The notes: generated by a model from the sequence alone, not told the origin. Shown: positions 1 through 12,798, numbered from the whole stretch's first letter. The stretch is 61,791 bases of DNA, filler included, from Choristocarpus tenellus KU-1152 (GCA_964200185.2; 11 parts of 11 records of this genome joined end to end with filler, not necessarily neighbours in it); one strand, 5' to 3'. Numbers and translations: made by a program.

Positions 1-40
1 CCTGGTGTAGACCTCCCCCCCCTCCCAGATACTTTGGGTC
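1..40 (-). mobile_element. Terminus of a MITE B copy; similar CCCAGATACTTTG(A/G)NNC or reverse termini at ~2777-2810, 2968-3014, 3470-3507, 8184-8200, ~29730-29760, 53392-53432, 57843-57868
   Basis: C-run followed by CCCAGATACTTTGGGTC; CCTGGTGTAGAC matches the reverse complement of GTCTACACCAG in the 1097 copy. Confidence 0.7.
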
Positions 41-224
41 AAATGATGATAAGAGATCCTAAAAACGGCTCCAGAATGACTTAGTTCCCAAAGGGTTCAG
101 CCACCCCAGGACTCTCACTCTTAACTGATACCGGTTCTCATTCTCATGCTTATTGATTCATTAAGAGTACCCCTTTTCTGCTGAGCTGACGTTCGTTAAC
201 CTGTGGATTGGACCCCTTTGACTG

Positions 225-400
225 TCGGAGTATCCTGGGAGCCTTGTACGAGCATCAGCGTCATCTATAGGCCTATGGATTGGAGCCACACATCCGGTGG
301 AGTATCCTGGGAGCCCTGTACTGGGAGCCCTGTATAAACATCAGTGTCATCTATAGGCCTGGGGATTGGAGCTACACATCCTGTGGAGGTAAGCTTCTGG
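225..400 (+). repeat. Short degenerate tandem duplication
   Basis: GGAGTATCCTGGGAGCC at ~227 and ~299; CATCAG(C/T)GTCATCTATAGGCCT at ~253 and ~339; GGATTGGAGC.ACACATCC twice. Confidence 0.65.
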
Positions 401-653
401 AGCGCGCTGTAACAGTTGGGAACATCTGGGGAAATACAGACCCTCTTCGTCAAGGATCAGCCGGTAGAGAGGGAGAGAGAGAGATGCAGGCGGCTATATC
501 TATCAAGGTCATTGAAGGCACACGACTACGGGGCTGCACAGTACGCACCATTACTAAACCCAAGGCACACATCCTCCTCTACACACTTCAATCGAAATAA
601 AACAAAAACAATACCCTGGATTTCGATATACTCAATCAAATGACAACACCCAG

Positions 654-910
654 GGGTGAAAGTATCTTAGAGGGTACAAGTTTCGCCCTGTTTGTCCATT
701 TGGGACTCGGATCCCATGGGATTTTTTATCACACATTTTCCTACTCCAACATTTTTTTAAGTAGGTAAAATGTATGCGTTATGAAAGGTATCCGAAATAT
801 AGATATTGACACTTCTTAACAAACACGATAGCCAAAATTACATCAGAATCGCAACCTTAGATTTTGACCCCCATATGGACACGGCTCTACCCTCTAAGAT
901 GCTTTGGCTC
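654..910 (+). mobile_element. MITE family A copy 1 (Sola2-like non-autonomous element)
   Basis: TIRs GGGTGAAAGTATCTTAGAGGGTA / TACCCTCTAAGATGCTTTGGCTC; 4-bp TSD CCAG (650-653, 911-914); homologous to 1517-1775 and 48723-48980. Confidence 0.9.
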
Positions 911-1096
911 CCAGTCTACAATAATACTTCCTCACCTCTGCGTGCCTCCTTGGAGCAAACAAGGGGGCGACAATTCTTCATGCTGCTTTCGAAATATAAT
1001 TCCCAATATCTACATCCTTGCCCTGAAAGTATGGGACAGTAGCAGTTAGGAAATGCCCTTGGACCCCTGCCACGAGGACACAAGGATAAGGGGCCA

Positions 1097-1277
1097 GGCT
1101 CAAAGTATCTAGGTGGACGGGGGGCGTCTACACCAGAGTGACCATTCGGTCCCTGACCAGGAAAAGTGCTCTTTCATTATCCATCCGACGCATGCAACCA
1201 AATCACCCAACAATAGCAACATGTAAAATTGCGCCTGAACAGGTCAACCGCCACCCCCTCCCCAGATACTTTAAGCC
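1097..1277 (+). mobile_element. MITE family B, near-complete copy
   Basis: Ends GGCTCAAAGTATCT / AGATACTTTAAGCC; internal TATCCATCCGA...AACCAAATCACCCAA shared with 12437-12591 and 53433-53548. No clear TSD. Confidence 0.8.
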
Positions 1278-1516
1278 TCAATGACATTCACACCTGAATC
1301 CAGACACTAACAAGAGAGTTTGCCTCCCTCCTCCCAGGGAGGCAACCCAATCATGCATGATAAAGAGAGGGTCAAGAACAACTATGCTGACCTCAGATTG
1401 AAAGGCTACATGTAAAATACATCGTTATAGGGGTGCTTGACTTTGCTTGGACCAAGTGCTACACACACTGGGCAGATGAGTATATCCCTTGGGGACGTTT
1501 GACTTGGTTATGATCA

Positions 1517-1775
1517 GAGCTAAAGTATCTTAGAGGGTAGGGGCGTGTCCATTTGGGGTCCAAATCCAATGTTGCGATTTTGATGTAATTTTGACTATCG
1601 TGTTTGTTAGGAAGTGTCAATATCCTTGTTCCAGACACACTTTTTCATAACCTATACATTTTACCTACTCCGAAATACTTTGTGCGGTAGGAAAATGTCA
1701 TTAAAAACCCATGGGAAGCCAAGCCCCAAATGGATAAACAGGGCAAAACTTGTACCCTCTAAGATACTTTCACTC
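1517..1775 (-). mobile_element. MITE family A copy 2 (inverted)
   Basis: GAGCTAAAGTATCTTAGAGGGTA...TACCCTCTAAGATACTTTCACTC; TSD ATCA (1513-1516, 1776-1779). Confidence 0.9.
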
Positions 1776-2360
1776 ATCAGCAGTTTTTCCATGACCTGGA
1801 TCTTCAGGAGATCCTGAATCCATTCAGATGGCATGGCATTCATTCTCGTGCACCTGTTGACATGTGTGCAATGAACACGGGGATGGCATCACTGAACTGT
1901 GCCTGTGAAGTGCCCATCTCACGAGCACTTGGATGTGGTGAAGAAACAGGACTATCCTGAAAAAGGACACAACAGGTGCCACGGTTGCCTGAGCTGGTAT
2001 GATGCTCAAGGGTCGACGACACCACTCCTGCACGACCACAACAATCTGTTGGGGAAGATGGGAGGGAAATCGTCTACAATTCGCATATCTTGAATTGTTG
2101 GACGATGTTAAGGAGTGAATAGAAGCATTTGATTCCAAACATGGTTTATTGACGACACTATGTCTTGCGCTGACTGGTTTTCGCCAGCTTTCTGTTCCTC
2201 TTCGTCTCTTGCTTCCTAGAAAAGTTCAGCAAGGTGCTCTTGTTGACGACACCTTCTTCTGGCTTTGGTATTCGGCATGTTTGGTCAGTGATCAAACAAA
2301 AACTTCGTTTGTCTCGACATCTCTGAATCCAACAGTGTCACCAAATATGGATCACATGAT

Positions 2361-2760
2361 TCTGTGGCGGCGTGGTTCACTCAGGCGAGGGTGGTGAAGA
2401 GAATCATAGGGCAAGACAGATCAGACGGATCAACACGAGCTCTAACTGAGAGAACAAGGTTAAGCTTGGACAAGTGCAACACTGCAAAAATTTGTGGAGT
2501 GATGAGAATCTCATGAGAGAGGGGTCATCAGAATGCCAAGACACAGAAACGGAGTGAGAAGTTGATGTTTGAGATCTCGGAATGAAGAGAGGTCCCTTAC
2601 GTGTCGGACTGGTCTCTTGAAAAGATTCTATGGATTCGGTCTCACGAAATGTCCTCCACTGGAATCCAGGATTCCCGTTAAGGAACCTCAACTGGTGTAT
2701 GATGGTATATGGTCAATGGCAATAACGGTATAAAAACAGACAACCCTGGTTTCCACACCA
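2361..2760. repeat. Dispersed repeat fragments shared with the 29.9-31.4 kb contig
   Basis: 2361-2395 is the reverse complement of GCCTGAGTGAACCACGCCGCCACAGAATC at ~29913; AGGAACCTCAACTGGT...AACCCTG.TTTCCACA occurs at ~2680 and ~31343. Confidence 0.6.
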
Positions 2761-2867
2761 TCTACTGTAGTGAAAGGACCCAAAGTATCTGGGGGGGGGG
2801 GGGGGGGGGTGCACGCACCATACCAACAAGTCATATGACAGCGCACATAGCGAAAGGAACATACTCA

Positions 2868-2967
2868 NNNNNNNNNNNNNNNNNNNNNNNNNNNNNNNNN
2901 NNNNNNNNNNNTTAATTAATTAANNNNNNNNNNNNNNNNNNNNNNNNNNNNNNNNNNNNNNNNNNNN
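2868..2967. other. Artificial contig-joining spacer (N44-TTAATTAATTAA-N44); identical spacers at 8084-8183, 12337-12436, 26339-26438, 29790-29889, 32417-32516, 37774-37873, 47600-47699, 53292-53391, 57743-57842
   Basis: Ten identical 100-nt blocks with a six-frame-stop core flanked by Ns. A separate 10-N gap lies at 25403-25412. Confidence 0.98.
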
Positions 2968-4749
2968 AACAGACACCCCCTCACAACCCACCCCCCCCCC
3001 AGATACTTTGAGTCCAGACAGACACGACTCATGCAAGCAAATAATAAACGAAAAAAGCAACCTCGCAACAGTCCATACTCTTGTTTTCAATTCCTCATCC
3101 TAACAGTGGGAAAACACACCCTAAACGACAGCCCTCTTTATGTGCTAACCAAATCCCACTCATGCAACCAAACAAACCAATACCCAGCCCTGGAACAACC
3201 TAACCCATATCTCTTATTCTTCATCGTAACTGCACGACCAACATACATGAACCAATAATCCAGTTTGAACAGACTCGAAATCCGACACATGCAAACGTCG
3301 ATACTCCTAACCAAACCCAAATAAATGGTGGCATATATTCCCATTCCTCTTGCGTACGCAAGGACAGAAAGGAACCTAACCAACAGTCTTCTTTTTTTGC
3401 TGACATTTCAAATCCGATACGTACGATCAAATCACACCAAAAAGTGAAAATCGAAAAAAGGGTGAAAAACGGACACTGACACCCCCCCCCCCCAGATACT
3501 TTGACCCAATCTTGATGGATTACTCTAAGAGAAGGACTGCAACATACAGCATATGTGTATTCTTCTGCTCAAGGTGATAGCGACCAGTGAGTTGTCTGGG
3601 GAGTGAGAAATTTGTGATGTATTTATCTCGGTGGAATCAGTGGGATAAGCAAAACTCTTTGGTAGCTCTGAGACCAACTTTAAACAGTTCAACTTCCCGG
3701 AGTCTGAAACTACCTAATGTTTCACGTTTCCACGCACTGTAAATTGGCACTACTGGCACTAGTCCTTAATTTGACGAGATAATTTTGAATACTGTAGGAT
3801 AATTATATGTGTACCCTCCTCAATCTACAAACGGCCATTAGCAAACCCCAAATTCAACTCGAAAGTACCTCAGACACTAATTGGCATTGGAGTGGTACAG
3901 TATTGGATATTTATAAAGTATTTGGGTACCCAAGTGGAACAGATTTCTTTCTCTCTCTCTCTTCTGACCCGGATCCTTACGCGACTCTTCATGAAGTACC
4001 ACACTAAAGTATCATTGAATGATGAGCTCTCACTGTTCAATTTCATCACCTATGACTTGGGAAGAACATTTTTGGCAATAGGATCAGCACGAGTTGTATA
4101 ACTGATCAGCGTAGATCTGATATCCCCCCAACCATTACTTCAACACGTTATCCTGCTAAAGATTGGTTGGGGGTTGCCTTGATCCTGCCCCCCTTTTCCT
4201 TCCTCAAACTTGCACTTTGCTTTTGTCTTGTGTAATTATCTCGCCCCCTTTCCCCTACTACAACTCGTTTGTCATTAACTTCTCGATTACCCTCTCTACC
4301 TTTTGGCCATCCTCTCTTTAACCTTTTGTCTACCCTCCCTATCTTTCCCTTCTTTCCTTATAATGACATCAGGTGATTCCATTCATTATCCCAACGAATT
4401 CTTAGGTCACAAAAAACTCAGATTACCATCTAAACTTGCCCTCTTTGCTCATATTTGATTGTAGATGATTTATGTTACTCATTTAAAGTGAGAGGCGTTG
4501 GGAATCCGTTACAGGCTATGTATGTCTTGTGTGTATGGAGAACATGACCTTTTAATTCTGGTACAACTTTATTGAAGCGAATGTGCACATCGTCACTGTT
4601 GTTCTATGATAAAATAATCCTTTGTGGGATTCTTTGCAAACGTGACAATCTGTCCTACTCGCTAAATGGTAAGTGTTTTGGGGGTATGGTGTTGACAGTT
4701 GCCTCTAGGATTTGTCCTGCTCTAACTTTTAATCGGAGTCGAGTTTTTC

Positions 4750-6770
4750 GTCGAAATGAAGCTTGATGTGACCCTTGAATCGCTCCTAACGTTATTAGAT
4801 AGACCGGAGTTGGTTGTGGTGCGATGGGGGAGAGGGCATTTTGCTCACTAAAATCAAGTTACTTCCGTCCGTCCGTCCATCGTCCAGTATCAGGCTTGGA
4901 ACCTGATTCTCCTCTCCCAGGACGAGTTTTTTCATAGGAGAAGAAGAGTCGTGATCCTCCATGTCTCATCTGTCTGTGTGTAACCCTAAACTCTTCATTG
5001 TTATTGTAGCTCCACTGTTATGCCTAGAAGTTCATCAGACAGCAGTCAGCCAGCCAGCCCTCATCATCGAGCTTGGGGAAGAATACACGCTCTCCGTCGT
5101 AGTCACGACCCCTCTTTGATTTCTTGTTCCGCAGTGATTGACTGGTCGACTGAATCAAGCGCGAGTTCCCCTCTCGACACACGGCAATCACCAGCGCGTA
5201 AGCTCTACCCAACCTTAGCCTTCGACTTCTGTGAAACTTGAAGGTAGGATGTAGAGACAGCACCACGATATTCAGCATGTCCTTCGACAGAGGACTTCCG
5301 TAGCCATTGTGCCAAGTTCTGCGTGGGCACTCTACGTTGTAGTGAGCTGCGTGCGAAGGTTAAGCCCCGAAGGCCTCGCAGAGAGCGTGTTTACAGGAAC
5401 GAAACCATAAGATCGCCTCATCTTGATTAATTTGGAGGAGATGTAAGGCAAGTTGATCGGTGATCAGCATATCAAATTAAAGCTGAGATCATAGGCAGTC
5501 GATTGGCGGAACGAAATTTGGTCGCAAAAAAATACCTTGATATGATTTTCATCGATTTTCATTTCTTATTATATGCTGATCACCGATCAGGACGCCTTAC
5601 ATCACCTCGAAATTAATCAAGACCAGTCTGATCCTAGAGGTGACTGCCAACACCATATCTACCAAAACCAGTTCTGTGTGAGATAGGTTATTACATTTAT
5701 GATGTGAATTATATCACATACTACTACTACTACAATAATATTTGGTGTTGTGTGTTGTGAAGGCGAATAGGTATAGGTTGTTGTGCAACCTTGGTCCAAC
5801 CCACCCTGTTGTACAATCCTTTTCTCGCCAAGGCTTCCTCATTTGATCAGAAGGTCACTTGCCTGGAGGCCTCACCTCCCTCCCCCCAAGCAGTCCCTTG
5901 GTTTGGAAGGTCTCTACGGCCTGTCAAGTGATACCCAATGCGTGTTGGCGTTCGGAATGCTTTGCGCGCTTCAACGGCTAGCATTCGGTTTACGTCTGGT
6001 AGTTCCTCTGCGGGGCCCCTTGGGACGGCATCGGACGTCACAGTGGATTGCGGGGACGGTGGAGGTGTGAGGAAGGCTTAGGATTATCGAATCCCTTGGA
6101 AGCGGAACGAGTGATGGTAGCCAATCTGGGTGTTAAAACACGAAGAGTGTGTGATTGGAGGATAGTTTTTGAGCCTCTACCTTTGACGATACGTCTAAGC
6201 TTTTGATTTTGACCTGACCGATGGCCTTAATGTCAATGCAATCAACTCGTTCTGAGCTCGACACTGCTGTGCGCTTTTGCGATGGGATCTATGGAGACGA
6301 AGCCTGAATGTTTGCATCTCTTGTTGGAATTCGCTGTCAACTTGAACGCGCCCCTTCTATTGACAGTGCTATAGCAAGCATTACAGCATAAGTTCTGTGT
6401 TCCATATGAAACTCTATCTGACCTACGCCTGCCCCAGGTCTTCCCTCACCTCGCAATTTGATATCGTGCTCCTCTTTCAACCCCGACTGCTATCCCTCCA
6501 AAATTTACCGAAACGCACTTTCTACCCTCCTTATACTTGCCGACAGAACGACCTCTTCCAATGGTCATCAGTCCACCCCAAGAGGCTGGTTTGCCGATGC
6601 CATTGATGGTGAGATAGCGTTTGCTCCTGGAAGTGTTCCCCTCGCATTGTCTTCCCCCACCCCTTCCCTGTGTGCGAACCCCTTAATTCCCATCTACAAC
6701 AAGCGAATCGACGAGTCATTGACCATTTGGCTAGATCTGAGCGACTGGAGGGGTAGGGAGGAGGAAAAAG
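4750..6770 (-). pseudogene. Possible decayed multi-exon gene or TE ORF, unidentified
   Basis: GC-richer blocks with protein-like but stop-interrupted minus frames (e.g. QVDSEFQQEMQTFRLRLHRSHRKSAQQ; DYDGERVFFPKLDDEGWLADCC), interrupted by a MITE. Confidence 0.25.
5410..5634. mobile_element. Foldback MITE with ~50-60 bp imperfect TIRs
   Basis: TCTTGATTAATTT.GAGG.GATGTAAGGC...TGATCGGTGATCAGCATAT (5421-5472) pairs with ATATGCTGATCACCGATCA...GCCTTACATCACCTCGAAATTAATCAAGA (5571-5622); TA on both flanks. Confidence 0.8.
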
Positions 6771-9700
6771 AGGTCAGCTTGTGCCACATGACCTTAGGTC
6801 TATCGCACTTATCTCTTTGGAGGGATTAGTTGTATTAGAGAGTTGCAACATAGCATTAGAATATCAAATAACTATTCTTTCGTATGTAGTAGCCACACTT
6901 GGTCTTGTTTTGTTGTAATGCATGCTGCTGACTACATTTACTCATACGTTGTTCACTTGATGCATATCACTGATGTGAACCTCTGCTTTACTGCAAAGGA
7001 CTGAAGAGAGAGAAGGGTTTCATTTGTAATATAGGCAACAATAAGTAGTTGATATATTGCCTATTTTCTTGTTAAAAAGAGTAGTAGAAAGTATTTGGTG
7101 AACTATATGTTGCAAGATATTCAAATGAACTCGATGGGTGAGGCCACAGTCTATTCTAGTATCCAATGGGTGCACTTCCAACAGGAGATGAACCCAAGTC
7201 ACCATGAATTGTGCATTTGAGGAAGACATTACACACTTTTCATGTATTGCCCCTCTTACTTCCATATACAAACCTGTTAAATTGAGGTTGGACAACCACA
7301 CATGAAGCAACACAAACACACACTCATGCTTGCAAGTACCCTTTCATGTGAATGGTCCATTTGTGAAGGTTAAGAAGAGGAGCTGGTTGGGGTCAGAGAA
7401 GATCATGTTTGACAACCCTTGGGCACCTGGTGCAACAGCGAAGAGCTTCCAGGATTTGTTGAAGATGCTGCAGAATGAAAAGCCGGCAGTACCTCCCACG
7501 AAACTACAGATCCAGCAGGACCTGCCTTTTGCAGAGGTGTGGAAATTTGGTTGAATTTGTAGTTGGGGAGCTGACTCGATGTTGTCAATGACCTCTGTCG
7601 AATATTGTATCCTACACACACAGATTTGTCTACACAAAAGATGCATGTTAGGTATTGGTATCCAATGACCATGACTATCTGTCCAACTGCATGTATCGGT
7701 GATGTAACTGTAACTGTAATTGTGAGGTATGTTGACATTTGCATATGGAGATTGTTGTCTTTGGTATGGTGTGAAGCGGTTGTGGGGGAAATTTCGACAG
7801 ACGGACTTGTTTTAAAAAAAAAGAGGCAAATATGCAACAAAAAAGAAAGAATACAAACAGTGCAGTTATGGATGCAGTTTTGACTTGACCTCAAGTTGTG
7901 TTCCAGTCTACGATAGAGGACTTTCTCTTTTTGACAAGTATGGATGTGGTTGTTGTTTTGAGTTGAGACTACGGTTGGTTGGAGCTTGGATTTCAACGGT
8001 TTGATCTTAACCCTACCTATATTCCCCATGGTCAACATGGGATGACAGCATGACCCCCCAACGTTTATGAACAGCAATGACAGNNNNNNNNNNNNNNNNN
8101 NNNNNNNNNNNNNNNNNNNNNNNNNNNTTAATTAATTAANNNNNNNNNNNNNNNNNNNNNNNNNNNNNNNNNNNNNNNNNNNNCCCAGATACTTTGAGCC
8201 GATTCACCCCCACATGAACTTTTTCATAGAGTAGTGTCAATATTATTTCTACTATTTCTACGATTCAGAATAGGGGACATGGTATATAACTCAACACTTA
8301 AACCAATTGAGTACTGATGTATCTAATCACATTTGAGTCCATAGGATGCATTGACCCTGCGACCTCCCCTATTCCCATATTTTTATCATTATGAACTTGG
8401 GCATCACTTTGTTGGTCGTTTTTTTTGGTTGTTGTCTTTCATGCTTGAATTGTCCACCACAGGCAGCTTTGTCCATTTTGTCTGATAGTTTGCTAATTTG
8501 ACGTTCCCACTGCAATTCACCACTTGGGGCCAGCCCTGCTATGGCCCTCTGGTGCTACCCCTCATAGACCCCTCCATCCTGTCAGTCCCCTAGCCAATCC
8601 ATTCTTTTCAAATAAACCACTTTCAATTGAATTAGGTATGCGTGCACCTCAACGTTAGGAAAGGCACCATCAAGACCACACATAATCATGTCTGCCTAAC
8701 ATTGGTGGACTTTGGTGTGTACACTAGTTGGCAACTTCGTCATGACCACCAGCCACATCCCTAACCTCTTGTGTCAACGACCATACCATCGTAGCCATAG
8801 CATTTATTTTGGGGAGGTGGGGGGCAACTGGGGGAAATTCGAAATTTGAATGCAGATATATTGTGCGCGGCGAAGGGGTTGGAAATTCCCAGTGAAAACC
8901 AAAGCCCAGTCAAGCTCAGGTGGACTCTCTATGGGCGGTGTTGGCGAGGAGGTTGAGTGGAGTCTATTCAAACGTTTCAATATTTGTATCCATTTGTGTT
9001 CACTGTAATTGTCCATTTCTGTTCTCCCTGGGAAGGCACCCATGACTACATCAATCAAGAAGGGTAGCGTGGATGCGGTAGGCTCTTATCATTCTGGAAT
9101 TTGAATATATTGGTGTGTGCATCTGTGCTTTTATGTGGTATGTTCTGTGTGTTTGGCTGTGTCTGCTTGCATGCGCATGTGTGTGTGTGTGTGTGTGCCT
9201 ACAGTAATATGTTTCTATGCTTGTATACCTTGGGTTTTGTACGTATTGGGTTAATCTGTAGGCATTCATTTGAACAAAATACTATTGACTCCAGAAAGAG
9301 ACCTATCGTTTTTTATATTACTTTCATGCACTAGTTTCTATACAGTGGGACTGAGAGGTGCAATCAGGGGCATAGAAGGGGACTTTCGCCCGAGAGTTGA
9401 AAAGGTGAGTGCAAGCTCAGAAAAGTACACCCTTCACCCTCCCAAAGTCTTTTCATCTAGTCACTATGGGCGAGTTCCCAATACTCTCTGCTATGTGTAC
9501 GTGGGAGATCTTACATAATCAATACTTATTTTCACAGGGCTGCTGAATTTCTCCATAAAAACAACATATAGTTGGTGAAGTTAGCAGATGACAAATTTGG
9601 AGGGTTGGTGCCTTGTATAGTGAGTCATAGAAAAAAAGTTGTTGCAACTCTTGGCTTTAAGTTAAAATAGGGACTCAATGCAATTTTGTGAGGAAGGCAT

Positions 9701-12436
9701 GGGAGGATGAATAAGGTAGTGTCAGGGTATGAATTTGACCTTCTCATACTGTTGTTGTTGTCTTCTTCCCTTCCCGTTGGTTTGACCAAGGTCATGAGGT
9801 TGGTCAACATTGACCACTACTTGTGTAAGAGGGAAGTTTATACATGCGCAGGTAACATGTGTCTACACATAGGCATATGTGTACATTGTTCATGTTGATG
9901 AAGGCCCTTGATATTAGGATAACACGCTGCACTCTACACTAAAATACTTAGGAATAATATTATCCTTCTGTACTCTGAAGCCACACATATCACGTGAAAG
10001 TTGGACAATATATCAGAAAAAACACCAAGTGCAGGAAGTGGAATGTAAGGGAGACGATATAAAAGAAAACAAATTGAAGATGTCACCATACTGCATTTAG
10101 CCAGTGGGACAGTTCATCATAGATCCAACGGGCACACCTACTTCAATATTTGGCGAGATGTGTTGAACAAAAAGAGACTGCATAGCTGTCATGGCGGAAA
10201 GAACGAAAAATACGGTGTGTGTGGAAAATGTGGAGCGAGATGGACCGAGTGTTGTGCAGTCATGACTCTACAGTACTAGCAAATCTAGGACCCCTTTCAG
10301 TGCTTAATTCAGTCAGAAGGGGGCGCGGCTGTGGGTTAGGACCAAGCATAAAGGGCAGCAAATTCGCATTTTTTTTGCTGTGTATGAGTTGACTTCTGAT
10401 GTTCTGTGCACATCCGCCTTACAGTTTCCGTTGGGTTTATGTCCAAAATTTGACTTTGTACAAATGCGTGTAGGAACTTTTCTGAATTCCATCAAAAGTT
10501 TCCAAACAGTAGAGAAATCAACACTGTCAAGTCAATCGTAGCATTCATTCATAATAGAAAGAAGAGTGAATCGCAAAAGATTAAACAGTGGCTAAAAATG
10601 CCAAACGCCCCAAACCTGGGTACCTCTCGACTACTTGGACTCTTTGGTGCGAAAGAAGTGGACAAATAAGGGGATGTAGACGGTTTTGGTATACATTTGC
10701 TATTGTCACGCATGATGAGAAGAGTGCGCTTTTGAGGACAGAGAGAGTGATGGTGCATGGCCAACACAGCATGAGAAAAGTACAACATGCAGACAGAGGT
10801 ATACATTCCTGCACTCATCAACCGAGTTAGAAGTGGAAAGAAAAAGTAGAAATGGGTAAGCCATTACCTGACATGTTGGACTTGCACAGCAACAGTAGTG
10901 CCACGATACAAAATTGAACTGTTGGTAGTACTGAGGGAAGTGATAATGTCTTCTTGCATAGATAGAAATGTATGCGCAAATAAATATGAAGGAAACAAAA
11001 TCACCATAGAACTATCGATTATCAGTACATACTTGTTTTGATGTGATTTATGTATAACAATGAACTTCTTTGTACTCCTGCATTCCCAACATACTTCAAT
11101 TCTCTCTGTACTAATTTGATGGCGGAGGTTTGTATTTTTTCAATTTTACCTTTGTGGTGTTAACAAAGTGTGGAAGAGAGAGTTGTGCTGGTTGCAACTA
11201 TATATATAAATGTTAAAAGGCATTGGGCCCAAAAATATGTCCTTCAGATACAGCGTGGCACAAAATCCTTTACATACATGACATACGTCTAGCAGTCGTA
11301 TAGTGACAGAACACTATACATACGTGGAGTAATGGAGCAGCATCACTATGTGTGACATTCTATCGGCATTTTGCTTGTACTAAAACTATTCCTTTCAATG
11401 AGTGAGGTCAAGCAACCCATTGCAATGTTCTTTATCCACCAGTCTGCCAGGAGAGCAAAGAGAGAGAGCAGGACAGGAACGCCATTAGGAGGCATCTACA
11501 CACGACAAAAGCACTTAAATCTCTGTGGTTGCTTTGATAAACCCAGGAGATCTACTCCTTTCAGTTTTTTCTCTTTTTTGATCAACATGTTCGCTTCTGC
11601 CCTTATTTTGCTATGGGAAGACTAAGGTTGAAAGTTGGGTGTTGTCGAGGGAGCAAGCAAAGAGTAAATCGTTTCATGAATAGAGTAAGGTAGTGAGTAT
11701 GTATTATTGACTCTGCTGATTCAAAGTATCTGAAGGACATAATCTAAAGGTTCAGTGTCTACTTGGTACTACCTGCCATTGCAGGGCATCTTTCTCCAAG
11801 AGTGAGCAATGGTGTTGATCCCGCACCCAAGACCATATTTAAGTGTCCAGTGAGGTCATCCATGCTGTCAGGTACCAACTCTTCAGTAATTTTACGCATC
11901 AGTCAGGGTTGGCAGGTCTACTCGATGCATTCTTCTAGCATCATCACAGCTTAGCTCCAAAGATTGCATTTTAAAGTGTTGAGTGTATCCGATCACACTC
12001 ACTTGCCACACGTTTTGTTAATATTGCCAGGTTTTCGAATTCCCATGCCCGATCATTGTGATCCAAAACGACAGGAGTAAATCTCACATACGCCACCAGA
12101 AACCCAGGTTCCCTCAGTGCTTCAGCTCTCACCTTTCTGACCTTAAACTTCAAATGAGTCAAAGCATTCAAGGGGATAGGATCACGTCCGTTTGGGGTAA
12201 TAAATCTGATGTTAACAGTGGATTTTAAAAATTGAGGATGGAGCGGGGCTATGAGGATGGTTGTTCTGCGAAAACGGTCTTGAAAAAGTACCGAAAGGTT
12301 TTTTTTTGCAACTGTTTTTGCACTTGGAAGGGCCCGNNNNNNNNNNNNNNNNNNNNNNNNNNNNNNNNNNNNNNNNNNNNTTAATTAATTAANNNNNNNN
12401 NNNNNNNNNNNNNNNNNNNNNNNNNNNNNNNNNNNN

Positions 12437-12591
12437 GGGGAGTCTACATCAGGGTGCCCATTTGACCCAAACCAGGAAGAGTTCACTTACATTATCCATC
12501 CGATGTATACAACCAAATCACCCAAAAATCGAGACATGAAAAAATTGACCCCAAATTGACAGCCGCCAACCCCCCCAAGCTACTTTGAGCC
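12437..12591 (+). mobile_element. MITE family B copy, truncated by contig start
   Basis: Collinear with 1120-1277; ends CTACTTTGAGCC. Confidence 0.75.
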
Positions 12592-12798
12592 AGATTCCTA
12601 AAATAGTGTACCTAAGTTTCTTGTTTGACTACCATTACAACCACCATTTGTTGTATTCTAACAACCTCGATCCAATACTGTTCACCGAAACAATGTATCC
12701 AAACAGTGCCATAGTTCCTAAGTTGGAATGTCAGCTACAACTATCGTCATCATTTGATGTACTATGACATGAACCCTTTCCTGAACTCTGCCTAATCT

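Noticed and set aside
806-1049. Similar small ORFs MTLLNKHDSQNY / MTLPNKHDSQNY (also 48876) as a peptide family
   Set aside because: Both are incidental translations of MITE A from TTG starts and diverge beyond the element end.
2912-2923. Recurring TTAATTAATTAA as a biological repeat or recombination site
   Set aside because: Always centred in identical N-runs; it is an artificial six-frame-stop linker.
7403-8077. 224-aa minus-strand ORF as a gene
   Set aside because: Non-ATG start, no motif, crosses an A/T homopolymer and has non-protein-like composition.
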